Made by a program: the position numbers and the translations under genes | Assembly: GCF_036321535.1 (NCBI RefSeq) | Contig: NC_087447.1 | Span: forward strand, 372,001 to 436,000 | Reading direction: 5' to 3' | Length of the DNA stretch: 64,000 nt | DNA from: Camelus dromedarius | Lineage: Eukaryota | The notes under the pieces: model-generated | Database searches by the model: none | What the model was told of the DNA's origin: nothing | The model's input: only the letters and a program-made list of their open reading frames with translations | Shown here: positions 52,101 through 63,756 of the stretch, one piece after another | How the letters are laid out: the number at the start of each line of letters is the position of its first letter | Numbering within the stretch: position 1 is the stretch's first letter

Positions 52101-55100
52101 ACAACCTCACTGAACCTTAATCGCCCTTCAAAGGTCCCATTTCCAAGTGCAGTCACATGGGGGTAGGGCTCCAACACGTGGGTTTGGGGGACACAGTCCA
52201 CTGCAGGGTGCGCTGTGGTCCTGGGGCTGGTTGGGACAGTGAGGCTGGGGACACTCTTGTTCCCCTAGGTACCACATGGAATGTCTGGACCCCCCTCTCC
52301 AGGAGGTGCCAGTGAACGAGTGGTTCTGTCCAGAATGTGCTGTCCTCGGAGCTGCCCCTGCCACTGGTAATGCTCTGGCCCTGCCCGCAGGGGCGGCGCC
52401 CATCCATGGGGAGAGCATATGGGGCTTGACAGCAGGGCGGCTCCCTGTTGCACTCCTGGCCGGGCCAGGGGGCACAGCTGCTTGAGGCTGGACTGGGGTT
52501 GGTTGACTGGGGCTTCAGGGTCTGGAGGCCCGGGCTCCAGGGAGGTGACCCCGCATCCTGGTACTCAGCACTTGGCGGAGTGCATGTCAGCCTGGGTGTC
52601 TCCTTCCAAGATGTGGATCCTGTGAGCGAGGAGGAGGTCTCCCTGCTCTTGGCCGACGTGGTGCCCACTACCAGCCGGCTTCGGCCCCAGGCAGGGAGGA
52701 CCCGAGCCATCGCCAGGACGCGGCAGAGTGAGAGAGTCCGAGCCACCGTGAACCGGAACCGGATCTCCACGGCCCGGGGGGTCCAGGTAGGTGCTCATGC
52801 TCTCAGCGGCGGGACACTGTCGGCAGTGTGGGGTTTGTGTCTGTAGGCCCTGCGTTCTGGCCCACATGCAGAGAACAAAGCCCAGCAGACCTGAGGCAGC
52901 AGGAGCAGAGAGCTTGCCCCAAGGGTACCGGGCTGGGCCAGTGGCTGGGGGCCCGGCCCGCAGGTGCGCCATGAAAGCTGCCCGGGAGGCTTGGGCCCCA
53001 GGACCCGGTCACAGATGCCACACCCATCACACGGGTTCTCAGGGCAGATGCCTGCAGTCCTCCTGACTTCCTGTCCCCTCCATCCCCTGGTATCCCCGAG
53101 ACCCAGCCACACCCCTCGTCCCTGCCGCCCCCACTGGCTCTGCGCCTCCACTGTCAGCTCCTTGAGGTGCACCCAGCCCTCTTTGTTGCCCATTCTTGCC
53201 TGACCTGCACCTTGGGAAGCCTCCCAAAACCCCACTTCCCTCCGGGCCCCTGGAAGCCCCCAGCAATCTGTCTGTTTTCTGCTGCCGCCGGCTAAGGGTA
53301 TCCAGCTTCTGGGGCAACCAGGGGCTCCCTCACTGACCAGCACCTCCCTCTGCCGTATAGCACGTCCCAAGGTACCTCATGTCTTCCCTGCTGGATGAGA
53401 CCATCGAAGCCGTGGCCGCTGGCCTGAGCACTGCTGTATACCAGTGCCCCATGACGCCGCGAGCCCCTGCCCGTCGGAGGAGGAAAGCAGGTACATGGGG
53501 TGGGGGCTTGGCTGCAGGCAGCTCCCCGAAGGCCAGCATGGTCACTTCTGTCTCTGCACCTGGTTTTCCAGGGTAGCCAGACCTCCACAGGGCAGCCCCT
53601 CCAGCCGCGGGGCCCGAGGCTGGTTCCTCCTCTGAACACCCCGTGGGCAGTGCTGTTTGTTCAGCCACAGCCTCTGCACGTGCGTCGAGTCACAGCCTCG
53701 TGTAGCTGGACAGGAGTGTCCCAGAGGGCTTGGTGGGGAAGTGGCGCTGTCACTTCTCTGAGCCTGGTGGCTCACAGTGAAGCCCTGTGCCTGGGCTTTC
53801 CTGGGTGGGAACAGCTGGAATGGTCAGTTCAGTGTCCTGTGTTGTTTTGGTGCTGTTGGAGTTTCTAGTTCTCTCTGTGTTAGTTTTGGTCCCGGTAGGT
53901 TTTGTCTTTCTCTAGTAGTGTGGTCCCTCCCGGGGAGAGGCTTTTAGCCCTCGTAACCCCGCTGACGACCTCTAGCTCTGCTCCGCCGTTGTTTGTTGGT
54001 TGGCGTTCAGCTCCAGAGAAGAGCTTTCCTCTCCCCTTGGATTGTCTGTTTAAGGCGGCAGACTTAGTGGATCGCTGTTTCAGTCCGTGGGTTACACTCT
54101 GGGGTTTTCTAAAAACTGACTTGTTGAGATGGCACTGGTGCCCGTGGCCTTCCTGGTGGCTTGCTGTCCCTGTAGCGTCAGGAGCTAGTTTTTGTCTGTC
54201 TTCGAACTTGGCTCTTAGGAGGTTCTGCGTGTGTGCTCTCGTTTGTGTCTCAGCAGTGACTTTGGCGTCTGTGCTTGATTTCAGTGTATCGCTGAGGAAG
54301 ATGCCTGTTGCAGGAACACACCTCGGTGTATCCGTTTACCCATGAGAGGGGTTTGGGTTCCTCTGTGTAGAGGTGCTGCGAACGGTCTTGTGGCTGCTCT
54401 TCCCTGCAGGCGGACGTTTTGTTTCTCGTGGCCGCAGAGCAGCAAGGACTGGCTGCACCATCAGTAGACGTGTGTCTGAGGTCACAGACCACGTCATGCC
54501 CCGGTAGCACAATGAGAGTTGGGGCCTCGTCCTTGCCACGCTGGGGTGTGCGGGGTGCCTCATGAAAGTCTCCAGGAGTGTGCGGACCTGTCTTCCTGTG
54601 CCTCGTGTGTCCTCCTGTGGACTCAGGCCCTTCCTCCCAGTAGGGGCTGGAATTCAGAGGCTAGACCTGAGGTCTGTTGAAGGTTGGTCCGTGTTTCTGG
54701 CCCTTTCAGTGCACAGAGCTGGAAACTGCATCCTAAGATCATACTGATGCTCGACTTGAAATTCAGGATGATAGAGGTTGTCTCCTTATGTCTTAGGCCT
54801 GAGTCTCCTTTTTTCAGGTCAAGAATCACGCTTCTCAGTCCTGACAGCACCTAGGCTGTGCAGAGAGCCATCTCAGAATAAGAGCCTGAAGGCGCTGCGG
54901 CTCCTGGGGGAGACAGGGTCGGCTCTCCCTTTGTCTGAGCGGCTCGCGGTGAACACTCCTGGGTCTGGTTATTGCGTGTCCTCTGCTGTGGATTTCTTAA
55001 GCTGCTTACAGCCGTGTGTCAGGCCTGTGACGCACAGGGAGAAAGGAGCAGTGCCCATGTAGCCATCTCGTCGCTGGCCCGGTGATTCCTGGCCAGCGTT

Positions 55101-58100
55101 GGCTCGTCCATCTGCCTCCGCCACCTTCTGTGTTATTAGGAAGCCGATCCTCATTTTACCTACAAGCGTTTTGCAGTGTATTTCTGAAAGAGGGAGTCTT
55201 CCTTTTAAGTTCATCACAATCCCATTGTTACACCTGAGAAACAAGCAGAAATTCCATAACACTGTGAAATGGCCAGTCAGGTTCAAAAGTTCTAATTGTG
55301 TCATAAATGTGATGGAATTTTTAAAAGTAGCTTATTTGAATCCAGAGCCAGACGAGATCTGTGTTGCCCTGGTGGCTGCCTGTCCAGTGTCTCTGGGTCC
55401 TCTTGAATGTGGGAAATCGGGTCTTCTGTCCAGCGCTTCCCTCCTGGGCAGTTCTTGCCCGCACACTAGCAGACAGCAGCACCCCTTGCCTGTCACAGCC
55501 GGGTGGTTAGAGCTTCAAGGCTCACTCAGGCGCAGGTGGGGGTTTTGTTTGCTTACAAGTTGCTGGCCGGTGTTGGGGGTCCTCCAGCAGGCAGTTCCTC
55601 CAGGCTCCCTGTTCGCAATCAGGCAGCCATGGGGCTTGGGGTTCAGCTCCATGAACTCACTGGGAAGGGAAGGAGAGGCTTCCCTCCTGTACCGGCTGCT
55701 TCCAGGAGTGGGGTTTTCATGGACAGCACGAGTTAACTAGCACCTTCGTCTGTTTCCTGCGCTTCCCAGTTCTCGGAACCTCCGGCCTGCTCAGAGTGCC
55801 CCTCAGGGGAGATCAGGTGGGGCTTGTGGCTTCATCTTGCACCTGTGGCTGAGACCTGTTGGGTGTGCTTTCATAGCACACATCACGAGGGCCAGTCTCT
55901 CTTCTTGGAACCCCTCTTCTGTGCCAAGGCTTCTGAGGGCCCCAGGGGCGTCGGGGCATCCTAAAATTAGGGAGCCACGTGGCTGACGTGGCTCATCCCC
56001 AGTAAGCCTCGAGCACCTCAAGGTGGCTGAGGAGGACAGGGCGCTGGTGGTTTTGCAGTTGAACCTTCAGGATCTGTTTTACTAGAAATGTACCATGAAG
56101 TCACTCGTTTCCAGGCCTCTGGGAGATCTCTCCTCTGTGGTGAGACCACCAAGTAGATACAGAGCTGGGGTCCTTTATTTCCTTTTACTCTTGATTCTCA
56201 GGGTTTGTGTTTTCTAATTTAATTTTGTTTCATAGTTATGTAGAATACCTACAGGTTCTAACAGGTTTACAAATCAGAGTAGACTCAGACTCACTCTGTC
56301 CTCGCTCTGCACTGCCTTCTCCCCTCCGTCCTCTGTGGGTTTATTTTCCGTGTAAAGACCCCAGGCCACACCTGAGACTAACACGATGCTGTCTGTCAGC
56401 TGTTCTTCAATTTAAAACTTGCGACCAAATTAAAATGAAAAGATAATCACACCCGAAACTGGGATGGATAGTTATTGTAGGCTGGGTCCTGGGGGGAGGG
56501 GGCACGCAGGGATGGGGCGGGGGTCCGTGCACACAGTGACGCGTGTGCTCGCAACGTGCTCCTTGTAGGAAGACGGAAGAAAGCGTCGGGAAGAAGGAAG
56601 ACCCAGCCCAGGTCATCTGTGAAGAGCAAGAACTCGGGGACGAGGCTGAAGAAACGCCAGGGTCGTGGGAAGAAGAGAAAAGGGAAAAAGATCAAGGTAG
56701 CATTTGATGGGGGTTCACACTTGGCAAACTTTAAATCCTTTGTGTAGGTGCATAGTAAGAGTCACAGAAATAGCCTCTTCTCTGTGTTTACTTGGAGATT
56801 CCCAGATAAAAACACGTTTCTGCAGTGTGGGTTGGAGATGGGACTGACAGGACATGTCCAGGACCGCATGGAGCCGGCTGTCCTGAGGGACTAGGTGCCA
56901 TTCCTGGGACCGCAGGGGTATGCAGAGGGGCCACCCCTCGTCAGGGCTCCAGACTGATTGTTCCCTGCCAGGGGCGGGGCGGGGGGCCAGGTATGAGCTG
57001 GGGAGGGGGAGTTGAGAGAGGCCAGCAGCAGGAGTCCTCCGGCAGGGCCTATGCCCTGGTGTGAGCAGCAGGGTCCAGGCTGTGTCTGGTGAGGTGGCTC
57101 GCGTGCGACATGCGTGGACACTGTCCCCTTCAGGCCATTCCCGCCCTCAGATTGGTCTGCTGGCGAGCCTTCAGGGCCCCTCTCCCATGCACATGGCGGC
57201 CTGTGTGACATGGGCTTTTCTGAAGTACTTTTCCTCAACCCTGCTCTTGGACTGGCTCTTTAAAACATTTTAACACGACAGACAGGTAGAGCTGGGTTCG
57301 CGCTGTCGTCCACGTGTCTGCTATGTCTTTATGCGAGTTCACAGTGGAGCTCGCTCCCGCTGCCCAGTCGGCGTCGGCTCACGTGTACTTGTGTGAGAAC
57401 ACATTTCAGCTTTAAGTGGAGTGCGTGGACATCTGGTCAGCCTGTTTGTTCAGATGGCCATCCCCGCCGTCTCCCTGCCGCTGGGCCTGAGCCTGGCCTG
57501 GTTGTGTTCCCACAGTCACCAGAAGGACGGGGTGTTTTCCTCTTTGTGATTTTCTCTCAGAGCCAAGACCAGAGGTGACAGCCCTGCAGTCGTGCGAGGT
57601 GTGGGACTCTGTTGGGGAGAGGCCCGTCCGTGCAGCCCTTGGGCTGATCAGTGGTTGAAATCTGGACCCGTAGACTCCAGCCTGGTTGACCACTGTCTCT
57701 TTCTCTGTCCTATGAGTTCAGTGTGAAGCCACAGCTCGTACCCGCCTCGCGCGGACACTGGGCCTCCGGAGGCCAGCCCATGGAGCCTGCGTCCCCTCGG
57801 TGTACAAGCCCGCGGACCCCTCTCTGGGGCTGATGCGTGCGGACATCGGGGTAGCCTCTCTCTCCCTGTTTGGAGACCCCTATGAGCTGGACCCCTTTGA
57901 CAGGTGACTGTGGCGGATGGGGCTCGGGGGGGCCTCCTTTCTGGGGGTTGTGTACACCCGCAGAATGCGTGTTTGTGGAATTTCTGCCTTAGTCGTTCCC
58001 AGACTCCGTTAGGTGGTGAATAGGAAGGACATTGTGCCTTCTTGTCCCCTAATTTGGAGAAGGGTCTGCCCCCACCCCATCCCTGCTCAGAGGTTCGGGC

Positions 58101-61100
58101 CACCCCAACACAGAGCCGCCGCGGGGTCCTGGTTCAGTGTTGCCTCTTGAGTGCTGCCACGTGGGACCGTGCTTAGCCCACCCTGCCAGGTGCTGTGGAG
58201 AGGGCTGGGGTGTCTCCCTGGGCCTCAGGGTGCAGGCTCACCCATTCCCTTTGGCCTCTGTCCTCCGTCCAGCAGTGAAGAGGTGCCTGCAACCCCTGCT
58301 TCCCCTCTGAGTGCCAAGAGGAGGGTTCTGTCCCAGTCAGCCCTGCGCTCTCACCAGCCTGTGGCCAGGCCTGTCTCCATGGGGCTCTCCAGGTGTGTCT
58401 TGTGGGGACAGGATGGCCGGGGGTGGCGGTGCCAAGGTAGGGCCACCGGCCAATGAGGACCATCTGGTCTCCGTATTGGTAACCTTTGTGGCCTCTTCCG
58501 TGGCTCCTGGATGAGGAGGTGCTGCAACCCGTCCCTAGCCAAGGGCACGGGGATGAAGGGGAGGCCGTGGCCCCCAGAGGCTGCCTCCACATCCCACCTC
58601 TGCCTCAGAGCCCACCAGCAGGGCTGGTAGGGAGTCAAGCTTCTCTTCTATTTAATTCTCAAAAAAGGAACCAGCAAAACCAGTAGAGCTGTTGCTCACC
58701 AGCTTCTGCTGGTGGCGTCCCGTGGGGGAAAGCATCAGATCATCCATCCCCAGACACCCTCTACCCTTTCGTCAGAGCTGCTGGCTGGGGCCCACTCCTT
58801 CCCTTGGGGGCCCCTGCCTGCTGCCAGGCTGGGTCTGGGGTGCAGAGGCGCTGATGGCAGGGCCTGCCCCGGGTCTGCCCTGCAGGAGGAGCGCTCCTGC
58901 CCCGGTGCCCCAGCCAGAAGTCCACGAGGACGCCGTGCCTGACCTGCTGGGCAGCATCCTGTCAGGCCAGAGCCTCCTGATGATGAACAGCGCCGACATC
59001 ATCATCCACCGGGACGGTTCCCTCAGCGCCAAGAGGGCAGGTGAGGCAGCTCTGCCAGCGCCGACCCCCAACCCCGAGTCTGCGACCCACAGGTTCCAGT
59101 TGTGGGCAAGGGTGCTGAGCTTCTGAAGATGCGTTTCCGTCACTGAGTTTCCGAGCTGATGACGTACAGATGGATGGAGTTTCCCTGCAGCCCGCAGGCC
59201 CTCCTGCCGTCACACAGCTGCCTCGAACCTCACGGCCACGGGAGCCAGCCCTGGGCCTCTGCACAAGTCGGCATTGGCGGGTTTCAGGGCGGCCTGGCTG
59301 TGCAGGCACGGTCGGTGATAGGCCAGGGTGCTGCCCCTTTTCAAGTGTGCATTACAGGCTCAGGCCATTTTTGATCCAAATAGCGTAAAAGTAGCAGATG
59401 AAGCAGAAGAGAACAGTGGGCAGCACCACAGGGGCCTCAGGCCCTGCCGGAGGGCAGCCAGGCAGCACTGAGTAGAAGGGATTTAAAGTGCATGGTTTCA
59501 GAGAAAGGCACTCTGGCAAAGGTTGAACTTTTTAAAGACGTGGATGGGAACTGATGGCTGTTTGGCTTTTTGTCTTTATAGCTCCAGTTTCTTTTCAGAG
59601 AAACTCAGTTGGTCCACCTGGAGAGGGAGAAGACACCGGGTCTGGGCCCTGTCTGCAGCCCAGAGTGACTCACTCAGGAAGCAAGCCACAGAGCTTAGGG
59701 TCCAGGTGTCCGGGCAAGGCCACCCCAGGCACACCCCCGGCTTCACCTGGCCCTGCCTGTGTTCCTGCGCCTGCATCGGGGGCCCCTGTGAGACTAGAGT
59801 CCTTGGTGACCCCTCAGGCGGGCCAGGCCCAGAACTTGTCCAGCGTGAGCAGACCCGGCTTAAAACAGAGTGACGACTCACGATTGAACGGCGACGCCAG
59901 GCGCTCTATGCCTCTGAGATCAGTGTCGTCGAAGGCCTCGGGTGGTCGCTCTGACTCGCCCCCTGGAAGCATGGTGCCAGCACAGGCCCCGAGACCCGCT
60001 CCCAGGAGAGCTGACATCGCCAGGCTGCCCAGGATACCAAAGATCAGGAGAGATGAGAGCTGCGGCCGGCGGGAGGACAAGGTCCCCACGGGCGGGCAGC
60101 ATGTCGACATCCCCAGCTCCTGCATCAGCCGGCTCACGGGCCGGGAGGGCCCCGGGCAGCCCAGCTGCGGTGCCCGGGTGGAGGGCGAGCCCAGCAGCAG
60201 GGGCACGCAGGAGCCCAGCACACCTTCCGGGGGTGGCCCCCAGCCCCCCGCTCTGCCTGGCCCCTCCAGGGGGAAGGGTGTCGGCTCGACCTTTGAGAGC
60301 TTCAGGATCAATATTCCTGGGAACACAGCCCACTCCAGCAGACTCCCCAGCCCTGGCTTCTGTAACACCTTCCGGCCTGTGGATAGCAAGGCGCAGAGGA
60401 GAGAGAGCCCCTCGCCCCTCTTCGCCGTCAGGAAGACGAAGCAGCTCAAGAGCGAGATCTACGATCCTTTCAACCCCACGGGCTCCGACTCCAGCTCCGC
60501 CGGCAGCAGCCCCGAGCGCCTGGGCTCCAGCCTCCTTCCCTCTGAGATCACCCGGACCATTTCGGTGGACAGTCCGAGGGCCCCAGCTCGGCCGCCCGTG
60601 CGTTGCGTCACCTCCTACACAGTGCAGACTGGCTTTGGGAAGGAGCCCCAGCCCCCCCAGGGGCCCTCTGGGCAGCCTGAGCTCCAGGACAAGGAGGAGC
60701 CCACTGAGGGCCAAGGCGCTGCCACACAGGTGCAGGGGGCGTCCCCGCCCGAGCCCTGGGGGGACGAGGACCGGCCACCCCGCAGCTCCTTCTTTGGCTC
60801 TGAGGGGCGGACAGTGACCTGTGTGACTGTGGCGGAGCCGGACGTGCCACCCAGCCCCAACGCCTTGCACACAACCACCCACAGGGTCGTGGAGCTGCGG
60901 TCCCCCACCCGCTCCCGCTCCACGTCCAGCTCCCGCAGCAGGAAGAAAACCCAGAGGCAGCAGGCCGCCAGCAGGGAGCATGGGAGGGCCCGCTCCGGTT
61001 CCCGTTCGTCCCACTCTGGGGACAGGAGCTCTCGGTCGGCATCGCCACCAGCAGGTGAGGACCCGGCTAAGAGGCACCGACCCAAGGTCCGGAGCCGGAG

Positions 61101-63756
61101 GTCTTCCAGTGACCGCTCCAGCAGCCATGAGCGAGCCAAGCGGAAGAAGGCCAAGGACAAGAGCCGAGAGAGGAGGAGGGGCACCTGGGGCCGAGGCCGG
61201 CGCAGGTCCCGCTCCGGCAGCCCCGGCAGCTCCTCCTACGAGCACCGCGAAGGCAGGAGGAAGAAGAGGCGGAGGTCCGGGTCCAGGTCTCGGGGGAGGG
61301 AGTGCTCGCCCCCCAGCAGCCTGGAGAGGTCCCGTAGGCCCAGGCACCCCAGGGAAAGGAGGGACCGGCCCCGAGAGAGGCGTGGCTCCCGGGAGAGGAG
61401 GAAGCGCAGGTCCAGGTCACCGAGCCTGGAGCACAGGTCCCGGGAGCACCGGCGGCCTCGTTCCCGTGAGAAGCACCCACGGCCCCGCCCCCGCTCCCCG
61501 GAGAGGAAGCTGGCCCCGAAAGAGGCTTCTCCGGTGCCCCCTGTCCCAGAGGAGCCCAGGCCAGACAGGGAGCACTTGGCCAGGCCCCCGGCCTCAGCAG
61601 GAGCAGACGCCTTGCCGGAGGGGGTCGAGACGGACAAGGGCCCCCCAAAGGCCGCCCCAGTCCCAGAGGCGCCAGCCGAGTGTCCACTCGAGGACCTGGA
61701 TTACGGCGACTCTGTCGAGGCGGGCCACCTCTTTGAGGACTTTTCAAGTGAAGCCATCTTCATGCAGCTTGATGACATGAGCTCTCCGCCCTCCCCTGAG
61801 AGCACGGACTCCTCCCCAGAGCGAGGCCTCCTGCCCAAGCCTGCTGTGCCTCCAACCAGCCAGCAGCATGACGCCAGCCTGGCCATGGCCACGGCCGCCA
61901 TCAGGAGGGAGGTGTCGCTGATCCACAGTGAAGATGCCACACAGCTCCTGCCCCAGACAGAAGGCCCCCAAGAGAAGCACTTGCTCCCGCAGGACATGGC
62001 TGAGGCCACCACAGTGCCCAGCACCCTGGGTGGCCAGGCCGTGGGTGGGGCGCCCGTGGTGAAGGAGGAAGGTCCTTCTCAGAACCCCTTGCTACGGGCT
62101 AAGGCTCTGGTGAAGAGAGTCACCTGGAACCTCCAGGAGGCAGAGAGCAGTGCCCCAGCCGAGGACAGAGGCCTGCGTGAGTAGGCACTTCCCAGGGTGG
62201 GGGGTTGGCGTGTGGTCTTCTCCCTGGGTGGCTCACGGGCCTCCTTCACACAGAGGGATGGCTGCGGCCTGACCAGTGGTCCTTGCTGCTGGGATGCTTT
62301 TCTGGAACTTTCTAGCCAGGAAGCAGCCTTCTGGCCTGGGGTGGCCACAGAACACTCACCCCTGCTGTTTTGGCCCTCAGGGATGCCGCTCCACAGACCA
62401 CAGAAGCCCCGGGAAGGGGTCCGGGAAACCGAGGACGTGGGCCCCATGGCTGCGTTCCAGCAGGCACCTTTCTCTGAGTCCCTTCCCCCTGGTTACGTGC
62501 TTCCGGACTCTGGCTTTCCCGATGCCAACCCCTCTCAGGTGGGCGCCTAGACTGGAGGGACGTGGCCTCGTGCCCAGGCCATGCTGGCTGGGCCAGGTCG
62601 GGGCTGAAGACCTCATAGTGCCACCCCCTTTCTGCCATGGCTCTGACTGGGGAGTAGGGTGGCGAGCGCGGTGCCGGGAGCTCTACAGAGGCTGAGTGGG
62701 ATTTGTTCTTGCCCAGGTATATGGCCCTAACCTGCCTCCCGCCCTGGCTCTGCCTCTGAGCATCCCGCCCTACGCACCTGTCAGCCAGCCCATGGTCCAG
62801 TTCATCCTGCAGGGGAGCCTTCCCCTGGAGGGCTGTGGGGTGGCTCAGAGCCCAGCCCCTGTACCCGCCATCCTGACCACAGCCTCAGAGCCACCTGGCC
62901 ACGCGGCCGCCACTGCCACCACCACTGCCAACAACTCTGAGGAGAGGACAGCTGCTCCCAGGCCAGCCTCAGAGAAGGCCAAGAACGAGGAGGTGAGTCC
63001 TGCCCCCCTCCCTCCAGGGGCAGGATGATGGGAAGCCTTGTGCCTCTGGCCAGAGGGCCCTCTAGGCCTCTAGGTGGGTGTCACATGCATGTTCTCACTC
63101 CCAGTACATGAAGAAGCTGCACGTGCAGGAACGGGCCGTGGAGGAGGTGAAGCTGGCCATCAAACCCTTCTACCAGAAGAGGGAGGTGACAAAGGACGAG
63201 TACAAGGACATCCTTCGCAAGGCCGTGCAGAAGGTGGGCTTGGCAGTCGCCACCTGGGGGGCCGAGACCCTGCCTGCTGACACTCTCGGGGGTCCGTGAG
63301 CATGGAGAAGGGTGCCCCAGGCCAGCCCGTCTCCCTGTAGCCGCACCGCATAGGCGGTCATGGGGGCTCACGGCAGTGGTCTCATGACTTGTTAAATAGA
63401 CCGAGTAGCATGAGGTGTGGGAAAGCAAGACTCCGAGAGATGACCCGTTCTCCAGCCCAGGGTGGGGTTCGTGGTCATGATGTGCTGGCCCGGCTCTATG
63501 GAACCCTCAGGCTGCCCATTGTCCCTCACGTGGTCCCCAGGGCCCAGTCACTGTGGTCACTGAACATGTGGGGTGTGAAAGGACATCTGTGTAACTGGCC
63601 CCCCCCCCCCAGATCTGCCATAGCAAGAGCGGGGAGATCAACCCGGTGAAGGTGGGCAACCTGGTGAAGGCCTACGTGGACAAGTACCGGCGCATGCGCA
63701 GACACCGGAGGGCCGAGGCCAGCGAGGAGCCGCCTGCCCCGGGCCCCGAGGGCTAA
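40105..63756 (+). CDS. PHRF1: PHD and RING finger domain-containing protein 1 (E3 ligase, RS-rich, C-terminal CTD-binding SRI-like domain), 17 coding exons, 1632 aa
   Basis: Exons 40105-40198, 40535-40630, 42627-42841, 44580-44663, 46019-46137, 52269-52366, 52611-52786, 53361-53490, 56569-56696, 57722-57903, 58273-58392, 58886-59040, 59582-62176, 62381-62538, 62717-62992, 63105-63233, 63613-63756 (4899 nt, all phases consistent). RING CPICLN...[24 protein letters not shown]; PHD CEVC...[15 protein letters not shown]...WFCPEC; C-terminus [23 protein letters not shown]...YVDKY. Confidence 0.96.
40535..40630 (+). CDS. PHRF1: PHRF1 coding exon 2
   Basis: tctAG|(E)[31 protein letters not shown]|GTGAGA. 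Confidence 0.88.
42627..42841 (+). CDS. PHRF1: PHRF1 coding exon 3 (RING)
   Basis: SEGSEEDG...[42 protein letters not shown]|GTGAGC. Confidence 0.95.
43338..43385. repeat. (TTTTG/TTTG)n simple repeat
   Basis: Read directly from the sequence. Confidence 0.8.
43440..43920 (+). mobile_element. Old L1M ORF2 (RT region) fragment
   Basis: gtcaacattgtatcggaa...gattggaaaagg...ttatttgcacgtaat resembles the RT LFADD region; includes (GGGAACAA)3 at 43816-43839. Confidence 0.55.
44580..44663 (+). CDS. PHRF1: PHRF1 coding exon 4
   Basis: tacAG|[28 protein letters not shown]|GTGAGT. Confidence 0.95.
46019..46137 (+). CDS. PHRF1: PHRF1 coding exon 5 (PHD N-half)
   Basis: [40 protein letters not shown]|GTAAGC. 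Confidence 0.95.
47460..48240 (-). mobile_element. L1 3' end(s), intermediate age
   Basis: Antisense L1 3'UTR/ORF2 end: tttagcataataccttccaggcccatccatgt...atggctgagtagtag...ttttcaaattagtg. Confidence 0.85.
48265..49570 (-). mobile_element. Younger 5'-truncated L1 (ORF2 C-terminus plus 3'UTR), spanning the N gap
   Basis: Minus-strand peptides [26 protein letters not shown] and [15 protein letters not shown] are typical L1 ORF2. Confidence 0.92.
48854..48998. other. Assembly gap (145 N)
   Basis: Run of N. Confidence 1.
51955..52205. mobile_element. MLT1A/B-type LTR fragment
   Basis: ttaatcgcccttcaaaggtcccatttccaagtgcagtcacatgggggtagggctccaacacgtgggtttggggggacacagtcca. Confidence 0.75.
52269..52366 (+). 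CDS. PHRF1: PHRF1 coding exon 6 (PHD C-half)
   Basis: [32 protein letters not shown]|GTAATG. Confidence 0.95.
52611..52786 (+). CDS. PHRF1: PHRF1 coding exon 7
   Basis: (D)[25 protein letters not shown]...RISTARGVQ|GTAGGT. Confidence 0.94.
53361..53490 (+). CDS. PHRF1: PHRF1 coding exon 8
   Basis: [43 protein letters not shown]|GTACAT. Confidence 0.94.
53860..55060 (-). mobile_element. Very old L1/HAL1 ORF1-region fragments
   Basis: T-rich degenerate antisense L1-like text; boundaries vague. Confidence 0.35.
56170..56460 (-). mobile_element. Old L1ME 3'UTR fragment
   Basis: T-rich L1 3'-like text; weak. Confidence 0.3.
56569..56696 (+). CDS. PHRF1: PHRF1 coding exon 9 (basic, NLS-like)
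   Basis: [42 protein letters not shown]|GTAGCA. Confidence 0.92.
57722..57903 (+). CDS. PHRF1: PHRF1 coding exon 10
   Basis: [18 protein letters not shown]...[27 protein letters not shown]|GTGACT. Confidence 0.92.
58273..58392 (+). CDS. PHRF1: PHRF1 coding exon 11 (NAGNAG acceptor)
   Basis: [40 protein letters not shown]|GTGTGT. Confidence 0.92.
58886..59040 (+). CDS. PHRF1: PHRF1 coding exon 12
   Basis: [51 protein letters not shown]|GTGAGG. Confidence 0.93.
59582..62176 (+). CDS. PHRF1: PHRF1 coding exon 13 (2595 nt, RS/RE-rich region)
   Basis: Within the 876-aa ORF; atAG|(A)PVSFQRNS...[17 protein letters not shown]...RSRSPS...[12 protein letters not shown]...DRGL-R|GTGAGT. Confidence 0.96.
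62381..62538 (+). CDS. PHRF1: PHRF1 coding exon 14
   Basis: [12 protein letters not shown]...[21 protein letters not shown]|GTGGGC. Confidence 0.9.
62717..62992 (+). CDS. PHRF1: PHRF1 coding exon 15
   Basis: [13 protein letters not shown]...[11 protein letters not shown]...SEKAKNEE|GTGAGT. Confidence 0.92.
63105..63233 (+). CDS. PHRF1: PHRF1 coding exon 16
   Basis: [43 protein letters not shown]|GTGGGC. Confidence 0.95.
63613..63756 (+). CDS. PHRF1: PHRF1 last coding exon
   Basis: C12-AG|[33 protein letters not shown]...PEG* with TAA at 63754-63756. Confidence 0.95.
   Translation: MCHSKSGEINPVKVGNLVKAYVDKYRRMRRHRRAEASEEPPAPGPEG

Noticed and set aside
59920-61747. Long antisense and alternate-frame ORFs (475, 291, 266, 226 aa) over PHRF1 exon 13
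   Set aside because: Shadow ORFs expected from GC-rich, Arg/Ser/Pro-rich coding sequence; low complexity, no independent splice or start evidence.
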